Notes under the pieces: model-generated
The model's database searches: none
What the model was told of the DNA's origin: nothing
What the model saw: the letters and a program-made list of their open reading frames with translations, nothing else
Made by a program: the position numbers and the translations under genes
Assembly (NCBI GenBank): GCA_964019425.1
Contig: OZ025791.1
Location: 744,001 to 808,000, forward strand
Source of the DNA: Flectonema sp. DT1601
Taxonomy: Eukaryota
Reading direction: 5' to 3'
Length of the DNA: 64,000 nt
Shown: positions 1 to 11,957 of the stretch, piece after piece
Layout: each line of letters begins with the position of its first letter
Numbering within the stretch: the first letter of the stretch is position 1

Positions 1-1597
1 AAAAAAAAAAAGAATAAACAATGTTATCATTGTTTTTTTTTTATCGTTCGACTTTGTCGACTAATTTCTATTTTCCGTTTCTTTTCTTTAAAGAATAAAT
101 AAAAAGAATTTAAAATAAAAAAAAAGAATAAACAATGTTATCATTGTTTTTTTTTTATCGATCGACTATGTCGATCACTTTCTATTTTCCGTCCTGGTCA
201 AGACGCTAAACTGATTGTTTTTTTTTTTTTCAAAATTAATAAAAAAGAATATAAAAAAATACAAAAAAAAGAATAAACAATGTTATCATTGTTTTTTTTA
301 TCGTTCGACTTTGTTGACTAATTTCTATTTTCCGTTTTTTTTCTTTAAAAAATAAATAAAAAGAATTTAAAAAAAAAAAAAAAAAAAAAGAATAAACAAT
401 GTTATCATTGTTTTTTTTATCGATCGACTATGTCGATTACTTTCTATTTTCCGTCCTGGTCAAGACGCTAAACTGATTGTTTTTTTTTCAAAATAAAAAA
501 AAAAATATTAAAAAAAAAAAATAAAAAAAAAGAATAAACAATGTTATCATTGTTTTTTTTTATCGTTCGACTTTGTTGACTAATTTCTATTTTCCGTTTT
601 TTTTCTTTAAAAAATTAATAAAAAGAATTTAAAAAAAAAAAAAAAAAAAAAGAATAAACAATGTTATCATTGTTTTTTTTATCGATCGACTATGTCGATT
701 ACTTTCTATTTTCCGTCCTGGTCAAGACGCTAAACTGATTGTTTTTTTTTCAAAATTAATAAAAAAGAATATAAAAAAATACAAAAAAAAAGAATAAACA
801 ATGTTATCATTGTTTTTTTTTATCGTTCGACTTTGTCGACTAATTTCTATTTTCCGTTTTTTTTCTTTAAAAAATAAATAAAAAGAATTTAAAATAAAAA
901 AAAAAAAGAATAAACAATGTTATCATTGTTTTTTTTATCGATCGACTATGTCGATTACTTTCTATTTTCCGTCCTGGTCAAGACGCTAAACTGATTGTTT
1001 TTTTTTTTCAAAATTAATAAAAAAGAATATAAAAAAATAAAAAAAAAAAGAATAAACAATGTTATCATTGTGTTTTTTTTATCGTTCGACTTTGTTGACT
1101 AATTTCTATTTTCCATTTTTTTTCTTTTTAAAAAATAAATAAAAAGAATTAAAATAAAAAAAAAAAAAAGAATATACAATGTTATCATTGTTTTTTTTTA
1201 TCGATCGACTATGTCGATTACTTTCTATTTTCCGTCCTGGTCAGGACGCTAAACTGATTGTTTTTTCTTTAAAAATAAATAAAAAGAATAAAAAAAAAAA
1301 AAAAAGGAATAAACAATGTTATCATTGTTTTTTTTTTATCGATCGACTATGTCGATTACTTACTATTTTCCGTCCTGGTCAAGACGCTAAACTGATTGTT
1401 TTTTCTTTAAAATAATTAAAAAGATTTAAAAAAAAAAAAAAAAAAAAAAAATGAATAAACAATGTTATCATTGTTTTTTTTTCTATCGATCAACTATGTC
1501 GATTAATTTCTATTTTCCGTCCTGATCGAGACGCTAAACTGATTGTTTCCTTTTTTTAAATAATAAATAAGAAAAAAAAAAAAAAAAAAAAAAAAGA
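1..1597. repeat. Tandem array of ~12 AT-rich 115-145 bp units in two alternating variants (A/B), runs off the window start
   Basis: Unit head gaataaacaatgttatcattg recurs at ~12,126,271,390,532,652,792,908,1050,1170,1307,1453. B units carry the extra segment cctggtcaagacgctaaactgattg. Order is ABABABABABBB. Confidence 0.95.
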
Positions 1598-2000
1598 GCA
1601 TCTCCCTGCTATCCCTCATATCCCCACAATAATATTATACCTTTTCATTTTCTCTTTCCTTTTCTGGTCTTTTTTTTTTCTTTTTTTTCCTTTTTCATAC
1701 AACGTTTTTTATTTATATATATATTTTTTTTTTTTTTTTTTTCATGTTTGATTATTTCCTCTTCATTTTTTTTTTTTCTTTTCTTTTCTTTCTTTTTTTT
1801 TTTTTTTTCTCTGCCTCTCTCTCAATTCTGTTCGTTTCTTTGAAACGAAAATTCATTTGAATATTATTCCTTGGTCAGCAACCATCATTGTCGCCCTTTG
1901 GGCCTGTTAAAAAAAAATAAAAATAAAAAGAAAGTTTACATCGGGAATAGGGCAGGAGCCAAAAGCTCCCAGTCCGTTACTTCCCACTTTATCGAAATTC

Positions 2001-4737
2001 TTTAAAAAACAGCCAGCTCAACAAAGTTTTAAAAAACAGCCAGCTTCACACACAAAGTTTCAAAAAACAGCCTGCTCCACAAAGTTTCAAAAAACAGCCT
2101 GCTCCACAAAGTTTCAAAAACAGCCATCTCAACAAAGTTTCAAAAAACAGCCTGCTCTACAAAGTTTTAAAAAACAGCCTGCTCCACAAAGTTTTAAAAA
2201 ACAGCCAGCTCCACACATAAAGTTTCAAAAGACAACCAGCTCAACAAAGTTTTAAAAAACAGCCAGCTTCACACACAAAGTTTCAAAAAACAGCCTGCTC
2301 CACAAAGTTTTAAAAAACAGCCAGCTTCACACACAAAGTTTCAAAAAACAGCCTGCTCCACAAAGTTTCAAAAAACAGCCTGCTCCACAAAGTTTCAAAA
2401 ACAGCCATCTCAACAAAGTTTCAAAAAACAGCCTGCTCTACAAAGTTTTAAAAAACAGCCAGCTCCACACATAAAGTTTCAAAAGACAACCAGCTCTACA
2501 CACAAAGTTTCAAAAAACAGCCTGCTCCACAAAGTTTCGAAAAACATCCAGCTCCACACACAAAGTTTCAAAAAACAGCCATCTCAACAAAGTTTTAAAA
2601 AACGGCCAGCTCCACACACATTTTTTTAAAAAACAGCCAACTCCACACATAAAGTTTCAAAAAACAGCCAGATCCACATGCAAAGTTTCAAAAAACAGCC
2701 TGCTCCACAAAGTTTCGAAAAACATCCAGCTCCACACACAAAGTTTCAAAAAACAGCCATCTCAACAAAGTTTTAAAAAACGGCCAGCTCCACACACAAA
2801 GTTTCAAAAAACAGCCAGCTCCACACACATTTTTTTAAAAAACAGCCAACTCCACACATAAAGTTTCAAAAAACAGCCAGATCCACATGCAAAGTTTCAA
2901 AAAACAGCCTGCTCCACACACAAAGTTTCAAAAAACAGCCATCTCAACAAAGTTTCAAAAAACAGCCTGCTCTACAAAGTTTCAAAAAACAGCCTGCTCC
3001 ACAAAGTTTCGAAAAACAGCCAGCTCCACACACAAAGTTTCAAAAAACAGCCATCTCAACAAAGTTTCAAAAAACAGCCTGCTCTACAAAGTTTTAAAAA
3101 ACAGCCAGCTTCACACGCAAAGTTTCAAAAAACAGCCTGCTCCACAAAGTTTCAAAAAACAGCCATCTCAACAAAGTTTCAAAAAACAGCCTGCTCCACA
3201 CACAAAGTTTCAAAAAACAGCCTGCTCTACAAAGTTTTAAAAAACAGCCAGCTCAACAAAGTTTTAAAAAACAGCCAGCTTCACACACAAAGTTTCAAAA
3301 AACAGCCTGCTCCACAAAGTTTCAAAAAACAGCCTGCTCCACAAAGTTTCAAAAACAGCCATCTCAACAAAGTTTCAAAAAACAGCCTGCTCTACAAAGT
3401 TTTAAAAAACAGCCTGCTCCACAAAGTTTTAAAAAACAGCCAGCTCCACACATAAAGTTTCAAAAGACAACCAGCTCTACACACAAAGTTTCAAAAAACA
3501 GCCTGCTCCACAAAGTTTCGAAAAACATCCAGCTCCACACACAAAGTTTCAAAAAACAGCCATCTCAACAAAGTTTTAAAAAACGGCCAGCTCCACACAC
3601 AAAGTTTCAAAAAACAGCCAGCTCCACACACATTTTTTTAAAAAACAGCCAACTCCACACATAAAGTTTCAAAAAACAGCCAGATCCACATGCAAAGTTT
3701 CAAAAAACAGCCTGCTCCACACACAAAGTTTCAAAAAACAGCCATCTCAACAAAGTTTCAAAAAACAGCCTGCTCTACAAAGTTTCAAAAAACAGCCTGC
3801 TCCACAAAGTTTCGAAAAACAGCCAGCTCCACACACAAAGTTTCAAAAAACAGCCATCTCAACAAAGTTTCAAAAAACAGCCTGCTCTACAAAGTTTTAA
3901 AAAACAGCCAGCTTCACACGCAAAGTTTCAAAAAACAGCCTGCTCCACAAAGTTTCAAAAAACAGCCTGCTCCACAAAGTTTCAAAAAACAGCCATCTCA
4001 ACAAAGTTTCAAAAAACAGCCTGCTCCACACACAAAGTTTCAAAAAACAGCCTGCTCTACAAAGTTTTAAAAAACAGCCAGCTCTACAAAGTTTTAAAAA
4101 ACAGCCAGCTTCACACGCGAAGTTTCAAAAAACAGCCTGCTCCACAAAGTTTCAAAAAACAGCCTGCTCCACAAAGTTTCAAAAAACAGCCATCTCAACA
4201 AAGTTTTAAAAAACAGGCCAGCTCCACACACAAAGTTTCAAAAAACAGCCTGCTCTACAAAGTTTTAAAAAACAGCCAGCTTCACACGCAAAGTTTCAAA
4301 AAACAGGCAACTCAACAAAGTTTTAAAAAACAGCCAGCTCCACACATAAAGTTTCAAAAGACAGCCAGCTCTACACACAAAGTTTCAAAAAACAGCCTGC
4401 TCTACAAAGTTTTAAAAAACAGCCAGCTCTTGTTTCTTCTTGAGGTTCGTTTATTGTATACCTGTTGTTTTTGGCTTGTTGCACCGCTCTTACCTCGGTG
4501 CTTTTCAAAGTCTTGGGTTTCTGACCTCTTGAAGATGCAACATTACCCCGACGTCAGTAGTTTATGTTTTATTTCATTGATTCACTATAATTTTATTATC
4601 CCTTTGTTTATTCAGTCTTAATTACACAATATGGACGATGATGATTATTCCACACATAAAGTTTCAAAAAACAGCCTGCTCTACAAAGTTTTGAAAAACA
4701 GCCAGCTCCACATGCAAAGTTTCAAAAAAAAAAAAAC
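2001..4737. repeat. 27-31 bp minisatellite (caaagtttcaaaaaacagcctgctccac variants) with ~803 bp higher-order duplication and a ~220 bp unique interruption (4430-4648)
   Basis: Directly visible. Identical pseudo-ORFs begin at 2887 and 3690 (offset 803). Confidence 0.95.
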
Positions 4738-4748
4738 GAAGGGTTTTA

Positions 4749-5632
4749 AACTTGCACGATTACCTCTGCGCTCAGTGATTGGGGTGGATCAGAATACAGG
4801 GGGTTTAAATTATTTGACCAAGATGGCAATATCTGCCTCATCCCGGAGCCTACACACCGAGTTCATTGCATTGCCTCCTGGATTGCGAAGTACTTTGGCC
4901 TCAGTGACTTCCTCCGTTCAATAGCAACGCTGTGCTTCTTCATACGTGAGAATCGGTCGTTTGCTTACTCATTGAGAGGGGGGTTGATTTTACAGGTGCC
5001 TTGGCAGGGGCGTTGTCTTGGTTAGAGGACACACATTCAACTGCTTCATTGTGTTTTCTTGTTGAGGGTAACACAACAGAACATTTCAAAAAGATTAACC
5101 GGCAGAAAGTTCAGGACAGCCAGGCCAGAAGATCAGTCCACTGTCACCTCGATTATTGGGAAAAGATTTTTGCATTGCTCGATACCGAGCTTCCAGGTAG
5201 ATGGTTCTACATGCTGGAACCCTTGGGGGGAAAGGGCATTTTTCGTTGCTGTTATTGCGGTGACACAGTCTCCCCTCACCACGCCCGCCTGCTGGAAGTC
5301 AATAGGCAGGTCAACCACGCCCTCTCCCATGTGAACCACATTCAGGTCTCTAAGCTGAAGAGCGATGTCCCCGATGACCCCATGCTCACCAAGCCTGATG
5401 CCAGCATCATCCCGGTGGACGCACCATCCCTACCTAACCCCCCAACCAAGTCCCAGCGCAGGGCATTCATTTTCTCTGTTGTTGAATGCTTTGCGCTGGA
5501 GCTCCCCACAAAGCTAAAGTTGCGTGACCCCCTCTCCCTCCCGGTGCACCCCAAGCGAAAGCAGCGAAAGCAGCAGAAAATGCTGCTGCCAGGAAAGTTG
5601 CACAAGAAAAAACTGCTCAGCGAAAAGAGGAG
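4749..5632 (+). mobile_element. Internally deleted partial copy of the adjacent transposon
   Basis: 4749-4969 matches 6685-6905 and 4970-5632 matches 7229-7910, with a further ~20 bp deletion near 5545. The copy stops exactly at the left TIR of the full copy. Confidence 0.9.
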
Positions 5633-8618
5633 TGAGGCGATCGGCAGGGGTGGAGGTTTCACGAATTTTCACGATCCTTCACGGTTTGTCACGAGTTGTC
5701 ACTACCTATCACGAAAATTCACGAAAATTCACTGCCAAAAAGCATGGTGAAAAATCGTGAATTTTCGTGAATTTTGATATTGAGATTTGTGGTTTGGTAA
5801 AAAAAACTACTCAGGGGGGGCCTGAACTGCACTGCTTCGTAGTTGTCATCGGTGCTTGTTAATCCTATCGTTCTCTACAGTTTATTGTTAATACTACTTC
5901 TCTTTAATCCAGCTCTTGTTACAGTTTCATGTGGTTGCTGAACTATTCTAGCACAGGTGGGTTGATAGGCATGTGTGGTGATCGTTGAAGTGGTGGTGCT
6001 TGTTAATCCTATCGTTCTCTAAAGTTTATTGTGGTAAGGCATTCACATGGCTCTCGTAAGAGTAACAGTGCAACTTCGCGATTCCTTGCCAGCAGAGATC
6101 TTGCTGTATGTGACTAGCAGATCAAAGCTGTTAGATGTATTGGGTGGTATGGGACTAGAAGTTGAAGATGACTTGGAGGTTAGGGCTCGTGTTGCTGGCA
6201 CGGATAGCATGCTGATCTGGTGCGATGAGAAGATTGGTGAGGTTGACGGTGTATCGCAATACACTGTTGCTGGGACCCTGCATCACCGACCACAGCCACC
6301 AAGTACAGTTGTCCCGATCCTCTTGCAGCACATCGCCATGCACCGCATTCCGCAGTTTACCCGCCAGCTTCATGGTCTTGACTCCGTCAGTTATTGGGCT
6401 GCACGAAGAGAGATGATCCGGTGGTTGTATGTGCAGGATTGTGTGTTTCTCATTCGCAACCGGGAGAGTACCTTCTGCCTAGTAAGTGACGCAACATCTG
6501 TGACAGAAAACTCGTCAGCGCTACACATCACTGCTGCTACAGCTACGACTGCATGCTATAGTCTTGCATGCAGACTGACACAGAGCCACCAAGCTCAATC
6601 ATTCTGTGACACACTACGACGTGCGCTGCACCACTTCCAGCAGCTCGGAATCTTAATCACTGATCCGGCACCACCACCTCTGTCAACCTGCACGATTACC
6701 TCTGCGCTCAGTGATCGGGGTGGATCAGAATACAGGGGGTTTAAATTATTTGACCAAGATGGCAATATCTGCCTCATCCCGGAGCCTACACACCGAGTTC
6801 ATTGCATTGCCTCCTGGATTGCGAAGTACTTTGGCCTCAGTGACTTCCTCCGTTCAATAGTAACGCTGTGCTTCTTCATACGTGGGAATCGGTCGTTTGC
6901 TTACTGGCTTCGCAAGAAGCACCGCATCTCTTTTAGGGCGTGCCCATTTAAAGAGAAGGTTACGAATGGGCGCTTCTGAACCTTAGCATTTGCATGCCAC
7001 GGACGGCACTGGAGTTCACGACAGACGCAGCCGAGTTGCTTGACTAGGTGTCGGTCATTGTATCTCGGTAGTATGTGTTTCTCTTTTTTACATAGTAATG
7101 ATGAATCTGAACAAGCAGCTATTTTATTATCACTACTAAACATAAACCAGCATGAAGAAGAGGAATGTCGTCAGTATCACTGAAGTAGAGGTGACACGCA
7201 AACCGGACAATGAGACACAGATGTGTCTCATTGAGAGGGGAGTTGATTTTACAGGTGCCTTGGCAGGGGCGTTGTCTTGGTTAGAGGACACACGTTCAAC
7301 TGCTTCATTGTGTTTTCTTGTTGAGGGTAACACAACAGAACATTTCAAAAAGATTAACCGGCAGAAAGTTCAGGACAGCCAGGCCAGAAGATCAGGCCAC
7401 TGTCACCTCGATTATTGGGAAAAGATTTTTGCATTGCTCGATACCGAGCTTCCAGGTAGATGGTTCTACATGCTGGAACCCTTGGGGGGAAAGGGCATTT
7501 TTCGTTGCTGTTATTGCGGTGACACAGTCTCCCCTCACCACGCCCGCCTGCTGGAAGTCAATAGGCAGGTCAACCACGCCCTCTCCCATGTGAACCACAT
7601 TCAGGTCTCTAAGCTGAAGAGCGATGTCCCCGATGACCCCATGCTCACCAAGCCTGATGCCAGCATCATCCCGGTGGACGCACCATCCCTACCTAACCCC
7701 CCAACCAAGTCCCAGCGCAGGGCATTCATTTTCTCTGTTGTTGAATGCTTTGCGCTGGAGCTCCCCACAAAGCTAAAGTTGCGTGACCCCCTCTCCCTCC
7801 CGGTACCCCAGCAGTCCGCCACACTGACCCAAGCGAAAGCAGCGAAAGCAGCAGAAAATGCTGCTGCCAGGAAAGTTGCACAAGAAAAAACTGCTCAGCG
7901 AAAAGAGGAGGCAAGAAAGGAGAAGGCGGCTGCCAAGAAGGCGAAGGAGGAAGCAAGGGATGCAGCCAGGAAGAAGGCTGCAGAGGCGAAGAAAAAGAAG
8001 GCTGCAGAACCGGCACGCAAGAATCCCAAGGTTGAGCAATGACAACAGTTGCTCTTTGGATTTTTTATTTATTTAACCAAAAAAATTATCATCAGCTTGG
8101 AACCCAATGATTACACTCACTTGTTTCTACCCCAATGAATTACCTCTCATTGTCTCTCAAGCAATATCAATATGGGTTGTCAGGCTGTCTCCTGGCAGAG
8201 ATGGGAGGAGTAATGGAAAGACACCACAGAACAGAACAGTGTGAACGAGAATGAGCCCCCTCAGTGATTAAACCCACCGCACACGCGATGCGCCGGTCCA
8301 AAGTCCGGAACCTCACCACAAGCGATGGTCAGGAAGGGTGATGGGTCACTGGGCACAAGCGATGCCCATTTAGTTGTCAAAGTGACATGACGTATGGCAA
8401 ACTGAACAGGTTTGACATCGCACAGCACACCAGCACCAACGGTACCATCTGGATATCACTCACTTTTTTCACTAGAATTCACACATTTTCACACATTTTC
8501 ACAGGATTTCACTACCAAAAAGCAGCAAAAAATTAAGTGAAAAATCGTGAATTTTCGTGTAGCAAAGTGAAAAATCGTGAACACCTCCACCCTGCCGATC
8601 GCCCTGCCGATCGCCTCA
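5633..8618 (+). mobile_element. ~3 kb TIR DNA transposon (DDE type, hAT/P-like), probably non-functional
   Basis: Left end tgaggcgatcggcaggggtggaggtttcacgaattttcac (5633-5672) is the near reverse complement of the right end gtgaaaaatcgtgaacacctccaccctgccgatcg(ccctgccgatcg)cctca (8567-8618). 10-bp-period subterminal tcac/gtga repeats lie at 5659-5772 and 8456-8580. Confidence 0.85.
6047..8042 (+). pseudogene. Degenerate transposase: ORF 6047-6979 joined to ORF 7152-8042 by a frameshift, one in-frame TAG and a putative intron (~7072-7150)
   Basis: Motifs resemble a DDE RNase-H core: CLVSDATS, ALSDRGGSE, EPTHRVH (CxxH-position His), LCFFIRGN, NGRF. The downstream part has STASLCFLVE, a CxxC..H..H Zn-finger-like motif (CCYCG...HALSH) and a K/A-rich tail. 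Intron-like gtatgt...ctaaac...ccag. Lies between TIRs. Confidence 0.65.
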
Positions 8619-9106
8619 ACATACCAAAATTTCAAAAAAAAGCTAAAAAAAGCTAAATAGCTCCACAAAGTTTAGCTTTAGCGTTTAGCTTTTTGCACAA
8701 GTATGGTTGAACCTGGGGGTAAAAGCAAACAATTAACACAGTGTAGACGAACATCTGCCGGACATCTGCAGAACAGCGATCGATGTCGATGTCTTCGTTG
8801 TTGGACTTCCTGGCGTTTTTGTTTTTGTTTTAAACAACAACACAACACCAACTAACAGGTTTGTCTCTTTGCCCGTTCTTTCTTGTTTCCCTTTGCCGCC
8901 GGAAGAACGAAGGTCGACGGAGGTCCGAAGCAATGCTTGCGATGATGTTCCGGTATGTGTTGCGTCTCTGTTATCTGTTTGTCTCAACTCAATTGGTTCA
9001 TCTTAGGTTTTAGAAGTCTTCGTCCTGTCCGATGGGTAGGGCCTGAATCAAAAGTTCACTGCCCATATTCCTCTCCCAACTTCCTCAATACATTCACAAC
9101 TGTTGC

Positions 9107-10420
9107 ATGGAGGAGAAGCTGGCTCACAATAGTTACATTCTGGAAGTGGGTTCCGCTATCACACCAGACATAGACAGGCTTGGTGCTGTCTTTTATGATA
9201 TCCATCTCCCAGAACTTCTTGAACACAAGGTGCGTTACTGCTGCATCTTGTGTGGCATCAAAAAATCGACAAAGCGTGCCTCTACTTTGTCACTGTTACT
9301 TGCTTCATCGGATCCTCTCGAAAACGCCTCGCAACATGCATATGCGTATCAGGAGGGGTTCCTGCTAAACCTGAATACAGTTGGAGTCTTTAACAGATCC
9401 AGACATGTATATGTACTTCGAACGGCAGAAGCGGGGTTGACGATGTCGGTACAGGGCATGTGAAGGCTAACATTCTGAATACACCCTCCTACGACAGCGA
9501 TAAGAACAATCAATACTTGTGGTACACAGATGCAAACAGAAGCTCCATCGGAGTTTAAGTGGTTGGATGATATTACATATTACGAAGTTATCCAAAACTT
9601 TGACTGTAACTGTGATGATGGTTATGCAATTGAAGTTGACCTTGAGTATGCTGAGAAACTACACAACAATCACTGGACTTTGACTTTCCGCTTGCACCAT
9701 ATAATGGGGCAGTCGGATACGACGAGCTATCAGAGTACCAGTAGAACATCATCAATAGGAAGCAACAGGGTAATCACAACAAATTGATATGTGACTTCAA
9801 CGATCGTATCAAGCAGGAAAACAACATCGAGTACCTCAAGTTCCTTCTCGATCGTGGGTTGGTATTGAAGAAGGTTCACAGGGCTGTCAGCTACAAGCAA
9901 AGCGCTTGGATGAAAAGTTATATTGAATTGAACAGCGACGCCAGAAGGCTGCAAACAAACTTGACAAGGATCTCTACAAACTGCTGAACAATTCAGTTTA
10001 TGGAAAGACTCTGGAGAATGTCATGGAAGGACGCATTGCAAATTGGTTGATAACAACGAAGATGATTTAATCAAAGCTCATGTGTAGGTTGGATATGACT
10101 GTTAAGTTAGATAAGCCAGTTTACGCCCATATTATGATGGAGAAGGTTTCCCTGGTTTACACAGACACCGCCTATCAATCAAACCTGGGAATGAACAATC
10201 ACTGCACGAGTCGTTTGAAGGATTGAAGGGGAAATTAGATACTAGCCCCTACACAGAAGATCGTAAGGAGGTTCCAGGTTACTTAAAGGATGAAACGGAT
10301 GGCAAACTCATCACCGAAGTCCTTGCATTGAAGGCTAAAACATATGCATCCACAACAGCTGAGCATATGGAGATAAAGGCAAAAAGTGGCGTTGATAGCA
10401 AATACAATACATTTGAGTAA
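9107..10420 (+). pseudogene. polB: Fragmented protein-primed family B DNA polymerase (Polinton/Maverick or related virus type)
   Basis: Colinear motifs across frames: QLESLTDPDMYMYFERQKRG, VKAN..YDSDK..YLWYTDAN, GYAIEVDLEY..LH, DFPLAP, GLVLKKVHRAVSYKQSAWMKSYIELN, KDLYKLLNNSVYGKTLENV, KLDKPVY, LVYTDT, PGYLKDETDGKLITEVLALKAKTY. Many frameshifts and deletions. Confidence 0.9.
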
Positions 10421-10881
10421 TACTCGTGTCGTACATCCAATGTGAATGGAAGGGAGTAAGTGTTGACAACTCAGAAACAAGGATGCTGAATTACCAGCCA
10501 CCCTGCAAAGTTGGGCTGTGTCAGGTTCTGCTGCTCCTCACTCAGACCTGTACCCTGCATTGCCCTTAATATCTTAAGGGTATCAAAACTGAAATTAGAC
10601 GCGATGCGGGTGTCCTGGGACTGCTTACCAATTTCGATTCGGTTTTGTGCCAGCCACAGTAGAGAGGCAGAAGAAGCCCATCAGAAGAAGGATGCAAATC
10701 TGTTTTTGTGTATGTCTCTTTTTCTGGTAAAAGTCGAACAGTTGTCTTGTTATTGTTATCATTACATGTCATTCACCTCACAGCCATATTAATAGACTTA
10801 TCACATACACTACGGGAGGAATTGCCTTTGTTTAGTTCTGTGCCTAGCAGTGTAATTATTATTTACAGTCACGTCCACCAA

Positions 10882-11957
10882 ATGTCTTTGTTTATATACA
10901 ACAATCGACACCCGCGGAGGACATATGGAGAAACATATATGAAGATTGTTTATTTGGTACTGGCCATGGCTTTGGGTGCCGCGTGGTTGGTTTCAGTTGC
11001 ACTGTGGATGGAAGGAATCAACGACACAATTGATGGATACTGGAGTGGAAGTGATTTTAAGTTGAAAACCACAGTTGATAACATACTAAAAGAATGTACT
11101 CACACTGCGAAAATTAAAATTGGTGAACATGATTTTCAGACAACCGTAAATTACAGCAGTCACAAGTATTTTATGGCAACTGCTGTGGAGACACAAACTG
11201 AATCGTTTGCAGTATCATTGATTGCAGTTTTACTATCAGTTATTAATAAAGTGTTTCTGTACAGATCAAACAGGTGGTTTTACAGGTTCAAAGGAATGAT
11301 AATAAGAACAAACGTAATCCTACCTTCTGCTGAAGTTGTTTTCCACATCTGGTCAATCGTAGCGATTGCTAGAACCTTTGAGCCTTGTTCATTCGTCACT
11401 AACTACATCGATGCCTGTGCTGGTGTTATAGAAATCGATCATAATTTCAATCAACCACTTTATGGTCTGCTTATCGTTCTGTGTGTAAACTTGGTTGTTA
11501 TGTTTATTGCTTTATTGTGTATTATTAGAGATGCCTACAAGAGTGAGAATAAGCGGTATGTTTTTTTTTAAAAAAAGAATTATACAGAATGATTAACTCT
11601 TATAGAAAACTAAATTAAAACAACAGCTGGGTTAGAGTTTGGTACAAAGGTTCACATACTAAGGCACGTAAGGGGATTATGAAGGGAGATCCAGACCCAA
11701 ATGATGACATACTCCCACCAGTCAAATCTATTTACCGAGTTCTTGATGAATATCCAGATATTTTTGAGGGATACATCCATAGGCGTGAAGAAGCATCACG
11801 ACATGTAAAGTCTGAAGTAGCCGGTCCTATTTATAACGGTCATGAACTTGAACCACAGACTATGTTCGGAAACCATGGAGGTTTATATAGTCAACCTGAT
11901 AACATGCACGAAGTTGAATTCTCTCCTGCCAGTAACGTTCAGGCGTCTGAACTTTAG
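10882..11957 (+). CDS. Multi-pass (~4 TM) membrane protein, 2 exons (10882-11555, 11627-11957)
   Basis: Four hydrophobic segments. A 71-nt gtatgt...caacag intron joins ORF 10708-11571 in frame to ORF 11679-11957. Confidence 0.8.

Noticed and set aside
2887..4070. ORFs MQSFKKQPAP... and ORF 1179-1415
   Set aside because: Translations of tandem repeats.
5637..5644. 8-bp hAT-type TSD (gcgatcgg vs ccgatcgc at 8595-8602)
   Set aside because: The two are inverted, not direct, repeats and appear to be part of the TIR, so the superfamily cannot be fixed from a TSD.
6047..8042. Fanzor/TnpB RNA-guided nuclease cargo
   Set aside because: No recognisable RuvC motifs in either ORF.
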